Positions 58,050 to 64,000 of a stretch of 64,000 nucleotides of DNA are shown here, one piece after another. Position 1 is the stretch's first letter, and every line of letters begins with the position of its first letter. The stretch comes from Candidatus Undinarchaeota archaeon (lineage in GTDB: Archaea; Undinarchaeota; CAZWFW01). The stretch spans positions 6,339 to 70,338 of the forward strand of contig CAZWFW010000001.1 in assembly GCA_964633445.1 (NCBI GenBank), written 5' to 3'. Under the pieces are notes generated by a model. That model saw only the letters and a program-made list of their open reading frames with translations, was not told where the DNA came from and made no database searches. The translations under genes were made by a program, and so were the position numbers.

Positions 58050-58676
58050 ATGAACATTGAGAAAATTATAGATGCTCTAAAGGAAGCAAGAATTTGTGAG
58101 AAGTTGCCTTCCGAGAGATACAAGGATCCGTTCAAAGTTTTGGTTTCTGCCTTTCTTAGCACGAGAACCAAAGATGAGGTTACTGAGCAAGCTACCAAAA
58201 AACTTTTCAAAGTTGTTAATAATCCTGAGGATTTGCTTAAGCTTGATGTTGAGCAAATCGAAAAGCTAATCTATCCCGTTGGGTTTTATAAGGTTAAGGC
58301 TAGAAGGCTGAAAGAACTTGCCGAACAAATTTGCAAAGAGTTCAATGGCAAGGTGCCAGATAATTTTAATGATCTAATAAAACTTAAAGGTGTTGGAAGG
58401 AAAGTAGCGAATGTTGTTTTAGCTTACGCTTTTAACAAAGATGTTATAGCTGTAGATACTCATGTGCATAGAGTCGCTAACAGGCTCGGTATTGTTAACG
58501 CAAAAACTCCAGAAGAAACTGAGAAAGCGTTAAAAAATGTAGTACCAAGAAGATTTTGGAAAGATATAAATCATCTGTTTGTTAACTTTGGAAAGAAAGT
58601 TTGCAAACCAGTTAAGCCGAATTGCAAAGCCTGTCCAATAAGGAAATTTTGCAACCTTTCACAGCATCCAAAATGA
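58050..58676 (+). CDS. nth: Endonuclease III (Nth) DNA glycosylase/AP lyase
   Basis: Hh[33 protein letters not shown] and the 4Fe-4S ligand pattern [17 protein letters not shown]. Confidence 0.93.
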   Translation: MNIEKIIDALKEARICEKLPSERYKDPFKVLVSAFLSTRTKDEVTEQATKKLFKVVNNPEDLLKLDVEQIEKLIYPVGFYKVKARRLKELAEQICKEFNGKVPDNFNDLIKLKGVGRKVANVVLAYAFNKDVIAVDTHVHRVANRLGIVNAKTPEETEKALKNVVPRRFWKDINHLFVNFGKKVCKPVKPNCKACPIRKFCNLSQHPK

Positions 58677-58800
58677 GAATTTTTCAACATTCTCTACCAT
58701 TCTTTCTGAGTTTTTGCTGTAAGTGGTGGGAATGTAATCCACTTTACAGTGGTTACTCTGAAACACTTTAAAACTTTTATGTTAATTAAAATTTAAGTGG

Positions 58801-61278
58801 ATGCTAAAGATGATAAGTGCAAACGCCATTCCCAAAATATTTAAGGGAAAACTTGGTGTTGTTATAGTTGTGGTATTTTTAGTAATTTTAGTTGGTCTCT
58901 TAATTCACCATACAACTGTCTCGAATGTCTCTAACGCATCCTCAACTGAGGAGGTAGGTCAGGAAACGCCGTCTCCTGAATCATCTCCCGAAATAACTAA
59001 AGAAATTGAGGAGGAAATTAAGAAAGAGGAAGAACTTGAGGAGTCTGACAAAAGCCCTCCAGAGATTTTTGTGAAGTTATCTAAGGAAAAGGTTAAAAAA
59101 GGAGATACTGTTGACATTGAGGTTACAGCAAGAGACGAGTCTGGAGTTGCTAGTGTTGTTGCGGAGGTTGAAACTGAGGGAACCTTCAATTTACAACTTG
59201 CTGAGGGTAGTGAATATAGTGGTATATGGAGGGCCTCATTTGTCATTGTTTCCGATTTGGAGAAGGATAAGAAGTATAAGATAGTTATTAAAGCATTTGA
59301 TAGAAGAGGAAATTTGGCCGTAAAAACTTTGGAATACTACGATCCAGTTACCAAAATTGTGATACCTAGAGCTGATGATGATATGAACTATCAAACCCAG
59401 GACTCAGATTGTTCATCGAATCCTGAATATAAATATTATACTTGCAGCAATTGCGATGAAAATGATATTCCTGGTTGGTATATGCTTAGCTATGATGATT
59501 CCTCATGGCCAACGGGCTACGCACCTTTTGGTCAACCTGCTTGGGGAGAATGCACTCAAGCCTTAACTTCAGCTCCAGATGATTTGTTTGTAAGGAAGTG
59601 GTTCTTTATTCCTGGCACTCCTCAAGGCGCTACATTAAGATTGAGTTATGATGATGGGATTAAATGCTACATTAATGAGAATGTTGTAATTAATGTTATA
59701 AGCGAAGCTCATGGCCCTTCATATTGGAATAGGCAAGTTACTATATCTAGCTCTGTTTTGAAGTCTGGCCAAAATCTTTTAACTTGTTGGGTTGCTAATG
59801 GTGGTGAGAATAGTGGCAGTGGAGGAGGCTGGCTTGATTTAGAGCTAGAAGTTACTTATGAACCTATATATATAACGAATGTTACAGTTGAAACAGATAA
59901 ACAAGCCTACGATCCTGGTGATGACGTCAACATAACTGTTACAGTCTTCTCGGACTCCACAAGACTAAGCAACGTTCCCGTTACCATAAAGATCTATGAT
60001 CCAGACGAAAAAATTGTTTTAGATAAACAAGCGGTAACTGATAACAACGGTGAAGTGAAACTCACATATACTTTACCTGTCGATGCGAAGTGGGGTGTTT
60101 ACGTAATTAATGCTACTGCTGAAATGGAAAATACATTCAGCACAATTAAAAAATTTGGTGTTGGTCCAGCTGTTGATATATTTGACATAAAAACAACTCC
60201 TCAAAAGGTTAAGGCACCTGCTAATGTTACAATAACTGCAGACATTTCAAATATAGGTAGCATGAACCTTAGCAATTTGGTTGTTGAAACAAAGATTATT
60301 GGAGGGTCATGGTTTGATGCTTCGTGGAATTACAGAGTACCTATAACAATAACCGAGCAAAGTGGGAATGTTTTGACAGACTATCAAGTTCTGGTTACTT
60401 TAGATACCGCTTCTTTGATTTCAGCAGGGAAAATGCGAAGTGATTGCGGAGATATAAGGTTTGCTGACTCAAATGGAAATACATTAAGCTATTGGATAGA
60501 GTCTGGTTGTGGTTCAGCTAATACAAAAATCTGGATAAAAGTTCCAGAGATTATGGCTAATAAGAATACAACAATTTATGTTTACTATGGGAATCCTAAC
60601 GCAGAAAGTATGAGTAATGGAAATGATGTATTTTTAGACTATGAAGAAACACTTTACTGTCAAGGTTCAACTGCTTCAGGGGGATGTTATGTAACGTTCT
60701 CTCTTTCTAATGAAAAATTTGCTCCTTATCAATCTTCAGGCTATGGTGTATTAGATTGGAAAATGGCTGGAGACTTTAATTCCGGAGGAAGTTATTCATC
60801 CTCGGGCTGTAGCTGTGTCTCAGAAAGCTATGAAAGAGCAAGATTATGTGCAGATTCAACTACTTGTTCAGATACTCATCCAAATTGTCTTGGATGCTAC
60901 TCAACTGGATATCAAGATTGTACGCTGCGCTCTCCTTCTGGCTTCCCAAAGGATGTTAGCAGCTATATAATAGATAAAACTTCTGTGTCTTTTGCAACAG
61001 ACACTACGAATGAAGTAAACTATAATCCTGGCTGTGGTTATTATTACAAATTTGAGTTTCATTTGAAAGCTAAAACTCGCAAGTATGTCTCTCCAGAACC
61101 AACAACAAGTGTAGGTGATGAGGAAACTTTAAGCTCTGTAATACTGGCATCACTTTCAAAAACAATCTCAAGCTTAGCAGTAGGCCAAACAATAAATGAT
61201 TTCCAATTAGGTAAAGTAGATGTTGACTGCTGGGATGTAGGGAATTATAACATAGTCATAACCGTTAAGCAAGGATGA
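58801..61278 (+). CDS. Large secreted/anchored protein with CARDB/MG-like modules and a DUF2341-like domain
   Basis: N-terminal TM. Modules of the type TDKQAYDPGDDVNITVTV. WNYRVPITITE...LTDYQVLVTLD...CGDIRFADSNGNTLSYWIE...KIWIKVPEI...TIYVYYGNPNA matches the DUF2341 pattern. Confidence 0.72.
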   Translation: MLKMISANAIPKIFKGKLGVVIVVVFLVILVGLLIHHTTVSNVSNASSTEEVGQETPSPESSPEITKEIEEEIKKEEELEESDKSPPEIFVKLSKEKVKKGDTVDIEVTARDESGVASVVAEVETEGTFNLQLAEGSEYSGIWRASFVIVSDLEKDKKYKIVIKAFDRRGNLAVKTLEYYDPVTKIVIPRADDDMNYQTQDSDCSSNPEYKYYTCSNCDENDIPGWYMLSYDDSSWPTGYAPFGQPAWGECTQALTSAPDDLFVRKWFFIPGTPQGATLRLSYDDGIKCYINENVVINVISEAHGPSYWNRQVTISSSVLKSGQNLLTCWVANGGENSGSGGGWLDLELEVTYEPIYITNVTVETDKQAYDPGDDVNITVTVFSDSTRLSNVPVTIKIYDPDEKIVLDKQAVTDNNGEVKLTYTLPVDAKWGVYVINATAEMENTFSTIKKFGVGPAVDIFDIKTTPQKVKAPANVTITADISNIGSMNLSNLVVETKIIGGSWFDASWNYRVPITITEQSGNVLTDYQVLVTLDTASLISAGKMRSDCGDIRFADSNGNTLSYWIESGCGSANTKIWIKVPEIMANKNTTIYVYYGNPNAESMSNGNDVFLDYEETLYCQGSTASGGCYVTFSLSNEKFAPYQSSGYGVLDWKMAGDFNSGGSYSSSGCSCVSESYERARLCADSTTCSDTHPNCLGCYSTGYQDCTLRSPSGFPKDVSSYIIDKTSVSFATDTTNEVNYNPGCGYYYKFEFHLKAKTRKYVSPEPTTSVGDEETLSSVILASLSKTISSLAVGQTINDFQLGKVDVDCWDVGNYNIVITVKQG

Positions 61279-62309
61279 AGAATTTAAAGCTAATTATTAT
61301 AGCTTTACTATTTTTACTCTTTGCTGAAAATTCTTTTTCACAAACAATTTATGGAAAGGCTAAGTCAGAATTATGCATAATTTATTCTTGTATTCCTGAG
61401 AACTTCACTTATGCTCAAGCTCTGCAGGAAATGAGAATAATCTATTCATGTATACCTAAAAATTTCACTTATACAGAAACTTCTGGAAAATTTAGGGTAA
61501 TCTATTCATGTATACCTAAAAATTTCACTTATACACAAATTTCTGGAAAAATGAGGGTAATTTATTCTTGCATACCACCTAATTTTATTTATCAAAGTTA
61601 CGAATTCGAAGGTTTTGAAATAAATGAAACCTGCCCACCCCAGCCAGCTGATCTGAAAATTCTAGACTATGATATTATTCCATTGTCAAGCCCCTTGGAG
61701 TCATTACAGAAATTCAGGCTCGAGGTTCTTGTCACATCAAACACAACGTGCTATGCAACTCTACTATTTAAGGATTACTCCACGTCTTTTTATATTCGTG
61801 CAAATGAAACAAAGGAGCTAGCAATTTATTTCGATGAAAATGTAAGTACAGAAAGCTTAACAAGGAAAATAGAAATAAGCTATCCACTTGAAGTTAATGA
61901 AAGCGATAATAAAAAAACAATAGTTCTTTACGTTCAGAACCCACCTAACGTTTTGAAAGCAAACGAAACATATGATTTTTCAGCCTCTGAGGGTAAGATA
62001 ATCGCAAGTGTTGATCTGAAATCTAGTGATGTTTGGACATGGATTGAGATTGAAGAAAACGATGATGCGAGGGGAATGAGTATAAAAAAGATTGTTAGGC
62101 AGGATGGAAAAGTTATTGAGAGATGGTTTAGAATAGGAAACAAGGTATACATTTTTGACGATCCATCAACCTACATCGTATACTATGTGAAACCATATCT
62201 GCCTGTAGTTGCCTATGAAACTAGCTTATTCATAGCAGTTCTAATTTCACTGGCAATAGGGATAATTGTTAGTTTGAGAACGGTTAGACGAAGTAAGATA
62301 GGAAGTTAA
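61275..62309 (+). CDS. Secreted protein with four 20-aa IYSCIPxNFTY repeats and C-terminal TM anchor
   Basis: Signal peptide (IIIALLFLLFAENSFS|Q), repeats at aa 34-113 and C-terminal TM LFIAVLISLAIGIIVSL followed by RTVRRSK. ATGA overlap with the upstream gene. Confidence 0.7.
   Translation: MKNLKLIIIALLFLLFAENSFSQTIYGKAKSELCIIYSCIPENFTYAQALQEMRIIYSCIPKNFTYTETSGKFRVIYSCIPKNFTYTQISGKMRVIYSCIPPNFIYQSYEFEGFEINETCPPQPADLKILDYDIIPLSSPLESLQKFRLEVLVTSNTTCYATLLFKDYSTSFYIRANETKELAIYFDENVSTESLTRKIEISYPLEVNESDNKKTIVLYVQNPPNVLKANETYDFSASEGKIIASVDLKSSDVWTWIEIEENDDARGMSIKKIVRQDGKVIERWFRIGNKVYIFDDPSTYIVYYVKPYLPVVAYETSLFIAVLISLAIGIIVSLRTVRRSKIGS
61374..61613 (+). repeat. 4 x 60-nt in-frame tandem repeat
   Basis: Copies 2 and 3 are nearly identical (taatctattcatgtatacctaaaaatttcacttataca...). 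The peptide units are C/R-[IV]IYSCIP[EKP]NF[TI]Y plus a 7-aa spacer. Confidence 0.9.
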
Positions 62310-62317
62310 GTATTAAG

Positions 62318-62493
62318 GTCTGTGAACTACCCACCGTTTTTAATGGGTGGCTTCCCCCAGATAAACACCACCACGGCTGGGGTCGGGCTGTTCACGAGCC
62401 CCGATGCCACCCATCAAAGGTATTTAAATATTTCCCACCTCCTCCCTAATTCACCCACCGATTGAAATCAGGGGTACTCTTAGCGACATTTTT
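62318..62493 (+). ncRNA. G+C-rich structured island 3 (candidate ncRNA or leader of hypC; strand tentative)
   Basis: Hairpin gggct-gttcacg-agccc (62385-62401). Long-range stem 62343-62351/62406-62414. A 33-nt block (62414-62446) is shared with island 1 in inverted orientation. T5 at 62489-62493. Confidence 0.45.
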
Positions 62494-62570
62494 ATGGAAA
62501 TATTTATACTCTGCAAGACATTATTTTAACCTCTCAAATTTAGAAATACAGGGAAGTCAATGAAAAATTT

Positions 62571-62777
62571 ATGTGCTTAGGTGTGCCTGGTAAAGTGATT
62601 AAAATAATTGGCGATGAGGGTATAGTGGATTTTGGAGGTGTTAAAAGGAGAGTTGTGTTGGCTTTGCTGAAGGATTTAAAGGAAGGAGACTATGTTGTTG
62701 TTCATGCTGGTTTTGCGATTGAGAAAATTAATATGCAAGAGGTTAGAAAGCTAAAAGAAATACTTGAAAAATTTTGA
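62571..62777 (+). CDS. hypC: [NiFe]-hydrogenase maturation chaperone HypC/HupF
   Basis: MCLGVPGKVIKI... has the essential N-terminal Cys2 and OB-fold pattern. 68 aa. Confidence 0.92.
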   Translation: MCLGVPGKVIKIIGDEGIVDFGGVKRRVVLALLKDLKEGDYVVVHAGFAIEKINMQEVRKLKEILEKF

Positions 62778-62785
62778 AAGCAAAT

Positions 62786-63700
62786 ATGGTGAAGTATTAT
62801 CTATTTGCTGGCAAAGGCGGTGTTGGTAAAACTACAATGGCTTCCTCCTTAGCCTTATTGCTTTCAGAAAATTCAAAAGTTTTGCTGATATCTACAGATC
62901 CAGCGCATTCGCTTTCAGACATTTTTGAAACAGAAATTGGTGGTAAGGAAACAGAAGTAGACGAAAATTTGTTTGCCATAGAAATCTCTCCAGAGGATGC
63001 TTACAGAGAATATAAGCGCATAGTATCCTCTGCAAATTTAAATTTGCCTATGGATCTAAATTTTGATTTAACGCTAGAGGATTTTGAAGCACCTGGTGTT
63101 GATGAGGCTACAGCTTTTATGAAGTTTGTTGATTTAATAAATAATGCTAATTATGATTACATTGTTTTCGATACTGCTCCTACTGGACATACTCTAAGAT
63201 TTCTATCACTGCCTGACATATTGGACAGCTGGCTCGGAAAAATGATTAAATTGAGACTAAAGCTGGAAAGCATATTTGCTACATTCAAAGCATTGATACC
63301 TTTCATGAAAAAGGAGGATGAAAAAGATAAATCCTTAGAATTGTTGGATGAGCTAAGAAAAAAAGTTGAAAACTGTAAAGAGGTGCTAAGGGATGATAAA
63401 AAAACTAAGGTGAATATAGTTATGATTCCAGAGGATTTATCTATTTTTGAATCTGAAAGGGCAATAAAACAACTAGCAAAATATGGAATAAAAGTCAGCA
63501 GCATTATTGTCAACAAAGTTCAACCTCAATGCTCGTGCAATTTTTGTCAAGCAAGGATAAATATGCAAAAGGAGAAAATGAGAGTTATAAGATCGAAATT
63601 TTCAAATATGAAGATCATTGAAGTGCCTTTCTTTGAAAGGGAAGTTAAAGGCAGAGAAATGCTTTGGAAAGTTGCGAACTATTTACAAGAACTGTGCTGA
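62786..63700 (+). CDS. ArsA/Get3-family ATPase
   Basis: Deviant Walker A GKGGVGKTT, STDPAHSLSD, the ArsA/Get3 signature DTAPTGHTLRFL and the Cys cluster CSCNFC. The track start 62774 is TTG and the first ATG is 62786. Confidence 0.9.
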   Translation: MVKYYLFAGKGGVGKTTMASSLALLLSENSKVLLISTDPAHSLSDIFETEIGGKETEVDENLFAIEISPEDAYREYKRIVSSANLNLPMDLNFDLTLEDFEAPGVDEATAFMKFVDLINNANYDYIVFDTAPTGHTLRFLSLPDILDSWLGKMIKLRLKLESIFATFKALIPFMKKEDEKDKSLELLDELRKKVENCKEVLRDDKKTKVNIVMIPEDLSIFESERAIKQLAKYGIKVSSIIVNKVQPQCSCNFCQARINMQKEKMRVIRSKFSNMKIIEVPFFEREVKGREMLWKVANYLQELC

Positions 63701-63712
63701 TTATATCATAAT

Positions 63713-63895
63713 TCATCGGGACTTTGTGAAAATCCTTATCCTCTGTAAGATTAGCCAAATCCCCCAAAGCTTTCCTGTTATATTTTTCTTTTTCCTTTTT
63801 CCTGTATTCTTTAAAATTCTTATAATTTCTTCAGCAGATTTTCTTCTTTTTATTAATGGACCTTCCTCCGAAGGTATAACTATAAACTTCTCCAC
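63713..63895 (-). CDS. Short basic ORF; the open frame extends to 63988 without any ATG/GTG/TTG (possibly 5'-truncated gene)
   Basis: The GTG start at 63895 gives 60 aa. Upstream, the in-frame sequence reads ...YRLVIYVGTANSIPKILREAYGIKR and looks protein-like, but no start codon follows the in-frame TAA at 63989-63991. Confidence 0.3.
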   Translation of the reverse strand: MEKFIVIPSEEGPLIKRRKSAEEIIRILKNTGKRKKKNITGKLWGIWLILQRIRIFTKSR

Positions 63896-64000
63896 CCTCT
63901 TTATACCGTACGCTTCTCTAAGTATTTTGGGAATACTATTTGCCGTTCCAACATATATAACTAATCTATAGGTGTACTGTGTTGCATTTTAATAATTTTT

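Noticed and set aside
62494-62520. tgcaagac at 62510-62517, considered as a third copy of the island 1/2 end block (ttgcaaga).
   Set aside because: Only 8 nt match and the flanking atcttcatgtt part is absent. It lies 3 nt after a TATA-like box and may simply be part of the hypC promoter region.

Overview
AT-rich, densely coding archaeal chromosome segment. Archaeal identity rests on aIF2-gamma, aIF5B, S6e, L21e, RpoF, RpoL, TFS, a TIP49 homologue and a Sec11-type signal peptidase. Reverse gyrase points to a (hyper)thermophile. The gene order looks euryarchaeal, but I cannot name the organism by eye. I support about 58 CDS, 3 intron-less tRNAs (Ala-CGC, Thr-GGU, Val-GAC), one intein, several repeats and three G+C-rich non-coding islands. 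Housekeeping blocks include hypF, rgy, thiM, aspS, a recJ-like gene, ksgA, ndk, nth, hypC and a get3-like gene. A small mcp-cheW-cheY cluster and a stomatin/NfeD pair are also present. These alternate with accessory envelope loci. The strongest candidates for something new are four. (1) A 1545-aa alpha-2-macroglobulin-like thioester protein (intact CVEQ site) has a roughly 160-aa block of about six transmembrane helices exactly where the protease bait region normally sits. It is in a tight operon with two uncharacterised envelope proteins. (2) Three G+C-rich structured islands (33.1 kb, 45.3 kb, 62.4 kb) share sequence blocks and a hairpin with a compensatory base-pair swap. Each sits between two same-strand genes and ends in an oligo-T run just upstream of the next gene. 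(3) A single Schlafen/AlbA_2-type regulator gene is bracketed by 60-bp direct repeats (54/60 identical) built from GTTAA pentamers. (4) A surface-protein island contains a 1623-aa Cys-rich ORF with an internal anchor plus signal-peptide junction, and a translationally coupled pair with 20-aa IYSCIPKNFTY tandem repeats. No CRISPR array, rRNA or transposase gene was seen. All family assignments are by-eye motif recognition, and no database search was run.
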